NCBI GenBank assembly: GCA_015065865.1
Contig: SVPM01000003.1
Span: 4,206 to 68,205, forward strand
DNA length: 64,000 nt
DNA from: Oscillospiraceae bacterium
GTDB lineage: Bacteria; Bacillota; Clostridia; Oscillospirales; Acutalibacteraceae
Direction of reading: 5' to 3'
The notes under the pieces were generated by a model. The model was not told where the DNA came from, did no database searches, and worked only from the letters and a program-made list of their open reading frames with translations. Shown one piece after another: positions 40,270 through 50,150 of this stretch (position 1 is its first letter; every line of letters starts with the position of its first letter). The translations under genes were made by a program, and so were the position numbers.

Positions 40270-42900
40270 TTACAGACCCGTAATGAATGCGTCCAGTTTT
40301 GCGGCGGTGCGCGCAAAGTACGCATTCAAGCGCGCCACTTCCGCCTCAAACGTTTGGGCATCTTTTTGTGACAACGCCACCGCATTCCATTCTTCATCGC
40401 CGTTCGGGGCGCCGATCACGGTGGTGAGGATCGGCCAACGCTCAAAATTATACTGCTGAGAAGCGTAGATCGTATCCGCCATCGATTCCACGTAGGCAGG
40501 CAACGTTTCCACCCGCTCGCGGAAGAAAGTCCGATACTCCTGCTGCAGTATCGTGCGGCATTCCTCCACCGCAAACAACATATAAAACCACGCCGAGTGG
40601 CTGTCGTATAAGAAGTCGATCTTCTCTTCGCCGTTCCAATAGTGGCAGTTTTCGGAAGAACGGTCGAAATCCCAGATGGGTCCCATGGTAAATTTGCCGC
40701 CGGCATCCAACGTCATGTAACACGAGGAGTGGAACGCACTGTCGGTGTTATTCATAAACTCCTCCACCAAATACCACTGGGAGAACGAGCGCACGTCAAA
40801 ATAGTCGGTGATCTGTGCGTAATCCCCGCTTTGCAGGGCTTCCACGCCCTTCTTCACCTGCTGATAGATATACAAAATGTGCATGGTGTGATCTTGCAGA
40901 TCCTCATAATCGGGATCTTTCAGTGTCAGCCACTTGTGACTGTACGGCACCTGCATAAACAGTTCTTCGGTGGCAGGGTCATAGAAAACTTCGTATCCGT
41001 CGCCGAGCGGACGGATCCACTCAGCCCGCTGTGCGTCACTCACCTCGCCCACGTGGCCGTCGAATTCTAGCAGATACCCGCTCTGCCCCATCGACATCCC
41101 TTGCTCATACTCGGTGATATCCACGCGGTCTCCTTCAATTTCGATCTTCTCCGCAAGGTCATACGTGCCCCAGTAACGCCCGTTGTACCACAGGTCCACG
41201 GGGCGGCGTTTGGGCACCCACGCTTGTTCGGTCCCTTCCGCCAGATATTGTGCGGCAAGGTTGCGAAGCAGGGATTTATCCTCGTAATTGGCGACCAACG
41301 CCCAATCCTTGGATTCGGACATATCCAACAGCGTCGCCTTTTTATCCAACTTCACGGTGTAACTCTTTTTCGGGTGTCCCCACGTGCTGTTGCCGCGCCC
41401 CTTGGCACGGGAAGTGACCAGCATCGGCTCGACCGCATCCCCGCCGCCGAGGTAGAACGTAGTGGCTACGTAGTCGTTTTTAGACACGATATCCGTATGA
41501 TCCGTCGTGTTGAGCGCCACCGAAGGCAGACCGGTATCCAGCGTTTCCACCTGCAACGTGACGGTGCGCGCCTCCCCTTCCCACGGCACCAGTGTCAAGG
41601 TCAGCGGTGCCGTAAGATCCAGCACCGACAGTTCCGAAACCACCCGTGTACCGTCCAGCAATACGTTCTCGCCGTAATAACGGAAGGTCGGGATCATCGC
41701 CGAAAGGTCGACACCTGCGGGCACCATCGCCGAGAGGGTATCCCCGCCGTCGTAACAAGCGAAGGAGAAGGGCAGTTGCTCGTTATCCCGCATCAGAAAG
41801 GCAAAATAACCGAATTCCGCCGCGCCGTCCTCCGCCTCTTTCGGGGTCAGATCGGCCAGAGAAAGCAACGGTACGCCTGCACGCTCGTCGGTCGGAGCAA
41901 AGGTGTTGGAGGAGGAGGCGCGGGTATCGCCTTTTATCTCGCCCGTCATCACCGTGACCGTATCTCCCGCAGGGAGTGCCCCTATCTTCTGCACCGCATA
42001 TTGCAAGATCAGCCGTGCATCGGTGGAGTCGGTCTTCCCGTCGCCGTCCGCATCCGCCGTGCGGGAATCCACATCGTCCTCGCCGATCTTTTGCACCGCA
42101 TATTGCAGCACCAAGCGCGCATCGGTGGAATCCACACGGCCGTCGTCGTTCACGTCGCCGTTGCGTAAGGTTTCGGTCACTGCCGCACTCATCGCTTTGT
42201 CACCGCCGAGTGTCAGCGTGGCGGCCTTTTCGATGTTCTTTTCCCGCACGATGCCGCCGCACCACTCGTAGTAGTATCCGTTGTGCATATGTACGGCGTA
42301 GGAAAACCGCAGGTCGTCCCCCTCTTTCCATGCCGTGCCGCCGAAGCGGGAGAGCGGCAACGCGATCTCATACGTCGTGGTGGCGGACTCCTCATCGCGC
42401 CGCACGTAAAACTCGCCGCCCGTTTGGTCGGCAACGTAGGTCTCCTTGCCGGAACAGTAGCCGCGCACGACACCGTCGCTCCCCGCCGCGAAGCCAAAAG
42501 CATACCGTTTACCGCTCGGCGCTGCTATCTGCATCTGCAACGCATCGCCGCGCCAAATAGTCGCTCCGTCCTCTTCGTTTCGGTGTTCCTCATACCGCGC
42601 GACCGCACCGAAGTAAAAATGCGTATCGTCCCAACCGAGATACACCTCACCGTCCAGCGCCACCTTTTCCGCCTCGCCGGGAAGGGTAAAGGTCTGGTAA
42701 TTCACCAGCGGCATATCCGACACGCCCCACTCGGCTTCGGTGATGACACCGTCCGCCGTGGGCGGCGTCGCAAGCCGTCCGATGGTGCGGTCGGCCGTGG
42801 TGGCAACCGCCGTGATCCCGATATCTTGAAGTCGGCAGGCGCCAAACAGTAAGGTGATCGCCGTTATCAGTGCCGCCGTGCGTAAAAGTTTCAAACGCAT
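40270..42900 (-). CDS. Secreted CotH-family protein with an internal dockerin and an N-terminal carbohydrate-binding-like region
   Basis: 876 aa with signal/lipobox-like MRLKLLRTAALITAITLLFGAC. Internal dockerin duplication GDVNDDGRVDSTDARLVLQYAVQKI / DADGDGKTDSTDARLILQYAVQKI. The C-terminal half has CotH-like blocks (GNSTWGHPKKSYTVKLDKK, DKSLLRNLAAQYL, FHSSCYMTLD). Confidence 0.75.
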   Translation of the reverse strand: MRLKLLRTAALITAITLLFGACRLQDIGITAVATTADRTIGRLATPPTADGVITEAEWGVSDMPLVNYQTFTLPGEAEKVALDGEVYLGWDDTHFYFGAVARYEEHRNEEDGATIWRGDALQMQIAAPSGKRYAFGFAAGSDGVVRGYCSGKETYVADQTGGEFYVRRDEESATTTYEIALPLSRFGGTAWKEGDDLRFSYAVHMHNGYYYEWCGGIVREKNIEKAATLTLGGDKAMSAAVTETLRNGDVNDDGRVDSTDARLVLQYAVQKIGEDDVDSRTADADGDGKTDSTDARLILQYAVQKIGALPAGDTVTVMTGEIKGDTRASSSNTFAPTDERAGVPLLSLADLTPKEAEDGAAEFGYFAFLMRDNEQLPFSFACYDGGDTLSAMVPAGVDLSAMIPTFRYYGENVLLDGTRVVSELSVLDLTAPLTLTLVPWEGEARTVTLQVETLDTGLPSVALNTTDHTDIVSKNDYVATTFYLGGGDAVEPMLVTSRAKGRGNSTWGHPKKSYTVKLDKKATLLDMSESKDWALVANYEDKSLLRNLAAQYLAEGTEQAWVPKRRPVDLWYNGRYWGTYDLAEKIEIEGDRVDITEYEQGMSMGQSGYLLEFDGHVGEVSDAQRAEWIRPLGDGYEVFYDPATEELFMQVPYSHKWLTLKDPDYEDLQDHTMHILYIYQQVKKGVEALQSGDYAQITDYFDVRSFSQWYLVEEFMNNTDSAFHSSCYMTLDAGGKFTMGPIWDFDRSSENCHYWNGEEKIDFLYDSHSAWFYMLFAVEECRTILQQEYRTFFRERVETLPAYVESMADTIYASQQYNFERWPILTTVIGAPNGDEEWNAVALSQKDAQTFEAEVARLNAYFARTAAKLDAFITGL

Positions 42901-43110
42901 AGGTGTCCCTCCCTCGTCTTACTAACAGTATGATACAGGAAATCCACCCACTTTGTCAACGACTTTTGATAAGATTAAGTAATTTAATATGCAATATGCC
43001 GAAAATATCGGTAAGGGGTTGCATTTTTTAAAAGAGGGTGGTATACTGTGTACAGATACAGGATGATGAAAGAGTGGGGCGACCCGCTCTTTTGTGTTAG
43101 GAGGATGCGT

Positions 43111-43620
43111 ATGGCAGAAAAGACCGGTGGCGTGGCGGCCGTGTGCCGCCGTTTGGCACAGCCTGTGGCAGACGAGTTGGGGCTCACGTTGTGGGACGTC
43201 CGCTTTGTAAAGGAGGGCGCTTCGTGGTATCTGCGTTACTGGATCGACAAGGACGGCGGCGCCGACTTGAACGATTGCGTGGCGCTTTCAAGGCGGCTGA
43301 ACCCGCTGTTGGACGAAGCCGACCCCATTCCCCAATCCTATTCACTGGAGGTCAGCACCCCCGGTGTGGAACGGGAACTCACCCGCACGGAACACTTTTC
43401 GTATTGCGAAGGTTGGGCCGTGGTGGTGCGGCTGTACCACGCGGTGGACGGCGAACGCGAGTTCGCAGGTATTTTGCTGCCGCTCGGTGAAGACGGCACC
43501 GTACGCATTGAGACCGAGGAGGGCGAGGAACTCACCTTTGCCAAAAAGGATGTCGCCCGTGTGAACGTGTTGGACGATGAAGACGCTTACGGTATCGACG
43601 AAGAGGACGATGCCGAGTAA
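43111..43620 (+). CDS. rimP: Ribosome maturation factor RimP
   Basis: LGLTLWDVRFVKEGASWYLRYWIDKDGG...SLEVSTPGVEREL. ATG 43111 has AGGAGG 6 nt upstream. Confidence 0.85.
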   Translation: MAEKTGGVAAVCRRLAQPVADELGLTLWDVRFVKEGASWYLRYWIDKDGGADLNDCVALSRRLNPLLDEADPIPQSYSLEVSTPGVERELTRTEHFSYCEGWAVVVRLYHAVDGEREFAGILLPLGEDGTVRIETEEGEELTFAKKDVARVNVLDDEDAYGIDEEDDAE

Positions 43621-43645
43621 TACGAGAAAGGATGACTGTCAAAAA

Positions 43646-44719
43646 ATGGCTACTAAGAAACAGAACAATTCCAACGCCGAATTCTTTGAAGCGGTACGTT
43701 TGTTGGAAAAGGAAAAGGGTATCCCCGCAGAATATTTGATCGAGAAGATCCGCACCGCGATCGTGCTCGCCGTGCGCCGCGATTTCGGCGCAAAAGAGAA
43801 CGTCCTCGTGGTGATGGATCCCGTGACCAACGAGTTCCGCGTGACCGTGCAAAAGACGGTGGTGGAAGAATTGAGCGACCCCGATCTGGAATTGCTTCCC
43901 GAGCAGGCGGTAAAATATAAGAAAAACGCCAAGGTCGGCGACGTGGTGGAGATCGCGCTTGAAACCAAGCAGTTCGGCCGTATTGCCGCCCAATCGGCAA
44001 AACACGTGATCCGTCAAGGCATCCGTGAGGCGGAAAAGGGACAGCAGTTCGAAGAGTTCCAGCGCCGCAATCAGGAATTGGTTACCGCACTGGTCACCCG
44101 CGTAGATCCCACCACCGGTTCCGCCAGTGTGGAGATCGGCAAATCCGAAGCGCTTCTGCCGAAAGCCGAAATGATCGGCGACGAAGAGATCCGCGAGGGT
44201 ATGCACATTAAGGTGTTCGTGGTGGATGTGAAAGAAACCGAAAAAGGTCCTCGCATTTACATCTCCCGCACCCACGCCGGATTGGTCAAGCGCTTGTTTG
44301 AAAACGAAGTGCCCGAGATCTTTAACGGCACCATCGAAGTGAAGGCCATTGCCCGCGAAGCGGGTTCTCGCACCAAAATGGCGGTGCTGGCACACGAGGA
44401 AAACGTGGATGCGGTCGGTTCGTGCATCGGTCCGCGCGGCGCCCGTGTGGCGAAGATCGTGGAAGAACTCGGCGGCGAAAAGATCGACATTGTGGATTAC
44501 AGTGACGATGCAGAGAAATTCATCGCGGCGGCGCTGTTGCCCGCCAAAGTCGTTTCGGTGGAACTGGATCCCGACGGCGCCAAAGCCTGCCGTGTGACCG
44601 TTCCCGAATCGCAGTTGTCGCTCGCGATTGGTAACAAAGGACAAAACGCCCGTCTGGCAGCGCGCCTGACCGGCTGGAAGATCGATATCCGCCCCGAAAG
44701 CGGATTCTTCGGAGAGTAA
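43646..44719 (+). CDS. nusA: Transcription termination/antitermination factor NusA
   Basis: MATKKQNNSNAEFFEAVRLLEKEKGIPAEYL..., with S1 and two KH domains (CIGPRGARV, AIGNKGQNARLA). Confidence 0.95.
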   Translation: MATKKQNNSNAEFFEAVRLLEKEKGIPAEYLIEKIRTAIVLAVRRDFGAKENVLVVMDPVTNEFRVTVQKTVVEELSDPDLELLPEQAVKYKKNAKVGDVVEIALETKQFGRIAAQSAKHVIRQGIREAEKGQQFEEFQRRNQELVTALVTRVDPTTGSASVEIGKSEALLPKAEMIGDEEIREGMHIKVFVVDVKETEKGPRIYISRTHAGLVKRLFENEVPEIFNGTIEVKAIAREAGSRTKMAVLAHEENVDAVGSCIGPRGARVAKIVEELGGEKIDIVDYSDDAEKFIAAALLPAKVVSVELDPDGAKACRVTVPESQLSLAIGNKGQNARLAARLTGWKIDIRPESGFFGE

Positions 44720-44732
44720 GGGAGATTGAGAA

Positions 44733-45017
44733 ATGGCACAAAAGCAAACTGCGCCGCGGCGGGTGCCGTTGCGTAAATGCACCGGTTGCGGCGAAATGAA
44801 GCCGAAAAAAGAACTGGTGCGTGTGGTGAAAAGCCCCGAAGGGGAAATTGCACTGGACCTGACGGGCCGCCGTGCCGGTCGCGGGGCGTACGTCTGCCCC
44901 ACGCGCGCGTGCTTGGCGGCGGCGCGAAAAGCGCACCGTTTGGAACGTGCGTTTGCCTGTGCCATTCCCGATACGCTTTACGACCGTATGGAGGAGGAAT
45001 TGGCGGCGAATGAATGA
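44733..45017 (+). CDS. ylxR: YlxR/RnpM family RNA-binding protein (DUF448)
   Basis: PLRKCTGCGEMKPKKELVRVV...GRGAYVC hallmark. Canonical position after nusA. Confidence 0.85.
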   Translation: MAQKQTAPRRVPLRKCTGCGEMKPKKELVRVVKSPEGEIALDLTGRRAGRGAYVCPTRACLAAARKAHRLERAFACAIPDTLYDRMEEELAANE

Positions 45018-45336
45018 CCGTTTGAACGGAATTTTGGGGATGGCACGACGTGCCGGTCGGCTGATTGCGGGCTTTGATGCCACGGTCGATGCGGTCAAAG
45101 CCGGTCGGGCACAACTGGTGTTGCTGGCCGCTGACCTGTCACCCAAAACCGAAAAAGAATTGCGGTTTGCGGCAGAAGATGCCGTGCCGCTTCTCTCCGT
45201 CGGGTTGACCAAAGAGGAGATCGGACACGCCGCGGGATTCGGAAAGCCCGTAGGTGTTGTTACTACCGAAGATAAAGGCTTTGCGGCCGCTATCATCAAG
45301 GCCGCTGACTGTCGCAATAAGGAGGATGCCGTATGA
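45010..45336 (+). CDS. ylxQ: L7Ae-family RNA-binding protein (YlxQ-like)
   Basis: [47 protein letters not shown]... Overlaps ylxR by 8 nt. Canonical position before infB. Confidence 0.75.
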   Translation: MNDRLNGILGMARRAGRLIAGFDATVDAVKAGRAQLVLLAADLSPKTEKELRFAAEDAVPLLSVGLTKEEIGHAAGFGKPVGVVTTEDKGFAAAIIKAADCRNKEDAV

Positions 45337-47873
45337 CCGTTAAATACCGTGTCGGCGATGTTGCCAAAGATCTGGGGGTTGCCAGCAAGGACGTTATTGC
45401 TCTGCTGGCAGAGTATGTGGATACCCCGAAAAAGAGTGTGACCACTCTGACCGAAGAGGAATTGAACCTCGTTTTTGAATATTACACGCAGAAAACGGCG
45501 GTAAAGAGTTTGGATGCGTATTTTGCCGCGGCGGAAAAACGCCGTGAGCAGTCTGCTGCCGCCGCAAAGAAGGCGAAGGAAGAAGCGGCCGCCGAACTGC
45601 GCCGTCAGCAGGAAGAAGCCGCGGCCGAACTGCGCCGTTTGGCAGAAGAAGCGGCCGCCGCCGAAAAAGCGAAGGCGGAAGCCGAAAAAGCCAAAGCCGA
45701 TGCCGAAAAAGCCAAGGAAGCGGCGAAGAAGGCCGCCGAAAAGCAGGAGATCGAGCGCAAAGCCGCCGAAAAACGTGCGGCAGAAGAAAAGAAGGCCGCT
45801 GAAAAGAAAGCGGCGGCACCCGCGGTGGTCATTCCGCCGCAGCAGCCGAAGAAAAAGAAAGACAAAACCGAAAACGCGGCACCCATCAACCGCGAGATCG
45901 AGCGCCGCACGGTAGATACGCGTGCGCCGCAGCAGATGTCTGCCAACAAGTACGACGAGAAGTACGACGTGATGGCACAATCTTCCAACCGCGTGCGCGG
46001 CGAAGGTGTGGCACAAAAGCAGAAGATCAACCAGAAATCTCAGCAGTACAGAAAACCGCAACGCCGCCGCGAAACCGAAGCGGAGCGTATGCGCCGCATT
46101 CAGTTGGAACGCCAGAAGAAACCGGTCGTCGCACAGGTGGGTGAAACCATCACGGTGGGCGAATTTGCCTCCCGCTTGAAGGTCACTTCGGGCGAAGTTA
46201 TTAAGAAACTTATGTTGATGGGCGTGATGGCTTCGGTCAACGAAGAGATCGATTTCGACACCGCCTTCTTAGTAGCAGAAGAACTGGGCGCAAAGGTGGA
46301 GCGCGAGGTGGTGGTCACCATCGAAGAGCGCATCATCGACGACAGCGAAGACGCCGCACAGGATCTGCAACCGCGTGATCCCGTCGTGGTGGTTATGGGC
46401 CACGTTGACCACGGTAAGACCTCCATTTTGGATGCGATCCGCAAGACCAACGTCACCGCCGGTGAAGCGGGCGGCATCACCCAGCACATCGGCGCATACC
46501 GCGTGGATATCGGCGACGGCAGTATGCTGACCTTCCTCGACACCCCCGGTCACGCCGCGTTTACCTCCATGCGTGCCCGCGGTGCACAGGCAACCGATAT
46601 CGCCATTCTGGTGGTCGCGGCGGACGACGGCATTATGCCGCAGACCATTGAAGCGATCAACCACGCGAAAGCAGCCGGTATCGACATCGTGGTGGCGGTG
46701 AACAAGATGGATAAGCCCACCGCTAACCCCGACCGCGTGTTGCAACAGTTGACCGAGCACGAACTGGTTCCCGAAGAGTGGGGCGGCGACGTGATCTGCG
46801 TACCCGTGTCGGCACTGACCGGTATGGGTATCGACCGTCTGCTCGAATCGGTGCAGTTGGTGGCGGAAATGAAAGAACTGCGCGCCAACCCCGACCGTGC
46901 CGCCAAAGGTGTGGTCATTGAGGCACGCTTGGATAAAGGCCGCGGCCCCATCGCTACCGTGCTGGTGCAAAACGGCACCTTGCACAGCGGCGACATTCTG
47001 GTGGCGGGCACCGCTGTCGGCCGTGTGCGTAGCATGAGCAACGAACGCGGCGACAAGATCCGCGAAGCAGGCCCCTCCGTTCCCGTGGAGATCATGGGTC
47101 TTGACTCGGTTCCCACCGCAGGCGACGTGTTTAACGCCGTAACCGACGAGCGCTTGGCGCGCGAATTGGTGGAACAGCGCCGCGATGCCGCGAAGGAAGA
47201 ACAGTTCAAGCAGTATCAAAAAGTCACACTGGATAATCTGTTTGACCAGATGCAGCAGGGCGAAATGAAAGAACTGGGTATCATCGTGAAGGCGGACGTG
47301 CAAGGTTCGGTGGAAGCGGTGCGTCAGTCGCTCGAAAAACTTTCCAATGCCGAAGTACGCGTGCGCGTGATCCACGGTGCCGTGGGTGCGGTGAGCGAAA
47401 GCGACGTTATGCTTGCCAACGCCTCCAACGCCATCATCGTGGGCTTCAACGTGCGCCCCGAACCGCTGGCGATCGCCGCAGCGGAAGCCGCTTCGGTGGA
47501 TATGCGTATGTATCGCATCATTTACGATTGCATTGAAGAGATCGAATCCGCTATGAAGGGTATGTTGGCGCCCAAGACCCGTGAAGTGCTGCACGGCCGC
47601 GCCGAAGTGCGTGAGGTCTACAAGATCTCGGGTGTCGGCACGGTGGCCGGTTGCTATATCACCGACGGCAAGGTATACCGTAACGACCTTCTGCGCGTGG
47701 TGCGCGAAGGTATCATCATTGCGGATGATAAGATGATCTCGCTCAAACGCTTTAAGGACGACCAGCGCGAAGTGGCAGAAGGCTACGAGTGCGGTATCGG
47801 CCTTGAGAAGTTCAACGATATTCACGTAGGTGACGTGTTCGAAACCTACATTATTGAGGAATATCGCGACTAA
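45333..47873 (+). CDS. infB: Translation initiation factor IF-2
   Basis: G-domain motifs [21 protein letters not shown] and NKMD. Low-complexity Ala/Glu/Lys N-terminal region. The ATG overlaps the ylxQ stop (ATGA), with AAGGAGG 7 nt upstream. Confidence 0.95.
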   Translation: MTVKYRVGDVAKDLGVASKDVIALLAEYVDTPKKSVTTLTEEELNLVFEYYTQKTAVKSLDAYFAAAEKRREQSAAAAKKAKEEAAAELRRQQEEAAAELRRLAEEAAAAEKAKAEAEKAKADAEKAKEAAKKAAEKQEIERKAAEKRAAEEKKAAEKKAAAPAVVIPPQQPKKKKDKTENAAPINREIERRTVDTRAPQQMSANKYDEKYDVMAQSSNRVRGEGVAQKQKINQKSQQYRKPQRRRETEAERMRRIQLERQKKPVVAQVGETITVGEFASRLKVTSGEVIKKLMLMGVMASVNEEIDFDTAFLVAEELGAKVEREVVVTIEERIIDDSEDAAQDLQPRDPVVVVMGHVDHGKTSILDAIRKTNVTAGEAGGITQHIGAYRVDIGDGSMLTFLDTPGHAAFTSMRARGAQATDIAILVVAADDGIMPQTIEAINHAKAAGIDIVVAVNKMDKPTANPDRVLQQLTEHELVPEEWGGDVICVPVSALTGMGIDRLLESVQLVAEMKELRANPDRAAKGVVIEARLDKGRGPIATVLVQNGTLHSGDILVAGTAVGRVRSMSNERGDKIREAGPSVPVEIMGLDSVPTAGDVFNAVTDERLARELVEQRRDAAKEEQFKQYQKVTLDNLFDQMQQGEMKELGIIVKADVQGSVEAVRQSLEKLSNAEVRVRVIHGAVGAVSESDVMLANASNAIIVGFNVRPEPLAIAAAEAASVDMRMYRIIYDCIEEIESAMKGMLAPKTREVLHGRAEVREVYKISGVGTVAGCYITDGKVYRNDLLRVVREGIIIADDKMISLKRFKDDQREVAEGYECGIGLEKFNDIHVGDVFETYIIEEYRD

Positions 47874-47895
47874 AGAACAGGAAAGGAAGACGCTT

Positions 47896-48267
47896 ATGCC
47901 AAGTTATCGTTCCGGTCGGCAAAGCGAAGATATTCGGCGGGAACTCACCGCCATTCTCCGCACGGTCAAGGATCCGCGTGTCACGGGCCTTATCAGCATC
48001 GTGCGGGTGGAAGTATCGGGTGATATGAGTCACGCACAAGTATACGTCAGTTCCATGGACGGTATCGAAAGTGCAAAAAATGCCGTAAAAGGGCTTTGCT
48101 CGGCGGCAGGGTATATGCGCCGTGAACTCGGTATGGCCCTACGCCTGCGTTGCGTGCCCGAACTGCATTTTATTGCGGATGATTCCATTGAATACAGTGC
48201 GGGTATTGCCAAGACGCTTGCCGAATTGAAAAAGGAACGGGAAGCACGCGGCGAGGTGGAGGAATGA
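47896..48267 (+). CDS. rbfA: Ribosome-binding factor A
   Basis: MPSYRSGRQSEDIRRELTAILRTVKDPRV...VEVSGDMSHAQVYVS. AGGAAAGGAAG upstream. Confidence 0.9.
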   Translation: MPSYRSGRQSEDIRRELTAILRTVKDPRVTGLISIVRVEVSGDMSHAQVYVSSMDGIESAKNAVKGLCSAAGYMRRELGMALRLRCVPELHFIADDSIEYSAGIAKTLAELKKEREARGEVEE

Positions 48268-49226
48268 GCCGCCGCGTTACGGTAGAGGAAGCCGCCGCCC
48301 TGCTCCGCGAGGCGGACGATATCCTTCTGCTTCTCCACCAATATCCCGACGGAGATACCATCGGCAGCGGCTATGCGCTGGCGATGGCGCTCACCGCACT
48401 CGGCAAGCGCGTGCGCCCCGTGTGCAGTGACCCCATTCCGCACAAATACGATTTTTTGACCGAAGGGACGGAATTCCCCGTGTTCACCCCTGCTTTTATC
48501 TGCGCGATGGATGTGGCGGATACCAAACTGCTCGGCAAATTGGCCGAACAGGGTGCCGCGGCCAACCTCTGCATCGACCACCACGCTACCAACGTGGAAT
48601 ACGCTGAAAACCTGTTGTTGGATGCCTCCTGCGGCGCGGCGGCAATGGTGGTATATCGGGTGATCCGTGCACTCGGCGTGCCGCTTGACCGCCGCATGGC
48701 GGAGTGTTTGTACACCGGTCTTGCCACCGATACGGGTTGTTTCAAATATCCGAACACCACCCCCGAAGCACACCGCATTGCGGCGGAGTTGATGGAGGAA
48801 GGCGCACGGTACGCGATGATCAACGAGAGTATGTTCGATCGCAAGACCCGCGCACGTATGGATCTGGAGCGTCTGGCGCTCGCCGGTATGCAATACCACT
48901 TCAACGGACGTTGCGCGGTGATGGTCATCACCAACCGCATGGTGGAAGAAACCGGTGCCGCGGAAGACGATATGGAAGGACTGGCCCCTCTGCCCCGCCA
49001 AATTGAAGGGGTGTGGGTAGGTGTCACCCTGCGCGAAAAAGCAGACGGTACGTTTAAAGCCAGCATCCGCACGGGCGACAAAGTCAACGCCGCCGATATT
49101 GCCGCCTATTTGGGCGGCGGCGGTCACCGCGGTGCGGCGGGTTGTGCCGTCAACCGCCCGTTAAACGAAGCGGTAGCCCGCGTGCTGGAAGCGGTCGCCG
49201 CCCGTGTTGACAATATAAACGCCTAA
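48264..49226 (+). CDS. nrnA: DHH/DHHA1 phosphoesterase (NrnA-type oligoribonuclease/pAp phosphatase)
   Basis: HQYPDGDTIGS, CIDHH and GGGGHRGAAG motifs. The ATG overlaps the rbfA stop (ATGA). Confidence 0.8.
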   Translation: MSRRVTVEEAAALLREADDILLLLHQYPDGDTIGSGYALAMALTALGKRVRPVCSDPIPHKYDFLTEGTEFPVFTPAFICAMDVADTKLLGKLAEQGAAANLCIDHHATNVEYAENLLLDASCGAAAMVVYRVIRALGVPLDRRMAECLYTGLATDTGCFKYPNTTPEAHRIAAELMEEGARYAMINESMFDRKTRARMDLERLALAGMQYHFNGRCAVMVITNRMVEETGAAEDDMEGLAPLPRQIEGVWVGVTLREKADGTFKASIRTGDKVNAADIAAYLGGGGHRGAAGCAVNRPLNEAVARVLEAVAARVDNINA

Positions 49227-49244
49227 CAAAAGGAGGTCTTGAAG

Positions 49245-50138
49245 ATGAGTGTGAACGGCATTTTATGCTTGGATAAACCATCGGATATGACCTCTTTTTC
49301 GTGTTGTGCGGTCGTGCGCCGTCTGCTCGGCACGAAAAAGGTAGGACACGGCGGCACGCTGGACCCGCAAGCAACGGGTGTTCTTCCCATTTTGGTGGGC
49401 AACGCCACCCGTGCGCTGGATTTTCTGCCCGACCACACCAAACGCTACGTTGCCACCCTGCGTTTCGGCGCAGTAAGCAACACGCTGGATGTGTGGGGGC
49501 AGGTTTTTGAAACCCACAAACCCCTCCCCACCCAAGCGGCGGTGGAGGCGGCATTGCCCGCTTTTCGCGGTCATATTATGCAGGTGCCGCCGATGGTATC
49601 CGCGCTCAAAAAAGACGGCAAACGGTTGTACGATCTCGCCCGTCAAGGCATTGAGGTGGAACGCGAAGCACGGCCGGTGACGGTGCATGCGCTCACACTG
49701 CTCGCTTTCGACGAAGCGGAAGGGACCGCCGTGCTGGATTGTACCTGCTCAAAAGGCACCTACATTCGCACCATCTGCGACGATCTGGGACGTGTGCTCG
49801 GTTGCGGCGCGGTGATGACGGCACTCCGCCGCACGGCGGCCATCGGCCTTTCGGAAGAACAGGCACTCACGCTTGATACCGCACGCGCATTGGCCGAAGA
49901 CGGCACGCTGGCCGCGCGGCTCATCCCCATCGAGCAAGCCTTGTCGGAATATCCCGCCCACACCGTCAGCGAAGCACAAGCCGTGCGGTTTCGAAACGGC
50001 GGCGCTTTGGCATTAAACCGCTTAAAAGGGAACCCGCCTGTGGGTTTGACGCGCGTATACGCACCCGACGACACCTTTTTGGGCCTCGGTCGTCCCGAAG
50101 CGGATGAATTGCGGATCGCTCGCCTGTTTTTTGAATAA
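49245..50138 (+). CDS. truB: tRNA pseudouridine(55) synthase
   Basis: GILCLDKPSDMTS and the catalytic block GHGGTLDPQATGVL. ATG 49245 has AGGAGG 8 nt upstream. The track start at 49239 is a TTG. Confidence 0.9.
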   Translation: MSVNGILCLDKPSDMTSFSCCAVVRRLLGTKKVGHGGTLDPQATGVLPILVGNATRALDFLPDHTKRYVATLRFGAVSNTLDVWGQVFETHKPLPTQAAVEAALPAFRGHIMQVPPMVSALKKDGKRLYDLARQGIEVEREARPVTVHALTLLAFDEAEGTAVLDCTCSKGTYIRTICDDLGRVLGCGAVMTALRRTAAIGLSEEQALTLDTARALAEDGTLAARLIPIEQALSEYPAHTVSEAQAVRFRNGGALALNRLKGNPPVGLTRVYAPDDTFLGLGRPEADELRIARLFFE

Positions 50139-50150
50139 GGGGGGGGCCGT

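Noticed and set aside
41900-42130. A DNA-level direct repeat of about 70 nt within the CotH gene (a similar one occurs at 770..900 in the 1488-aa gene).
   Set aside because: These are the two halves of the dockerin module (a duplicated Ca-binding segment), an intrinsic feature of dockerins rather than a separate repeat element.
45500-45900. Repetitive Ala/Glu/Lys-coding DNA that looks like a tandem repeat.
   Set aside because: It lies inside the infB N-terminal low-complexity region (AAAELRR..., [19 protein letters not shown]), which is a normal feature of IF-2 and not a mobile or regulatory repeat.
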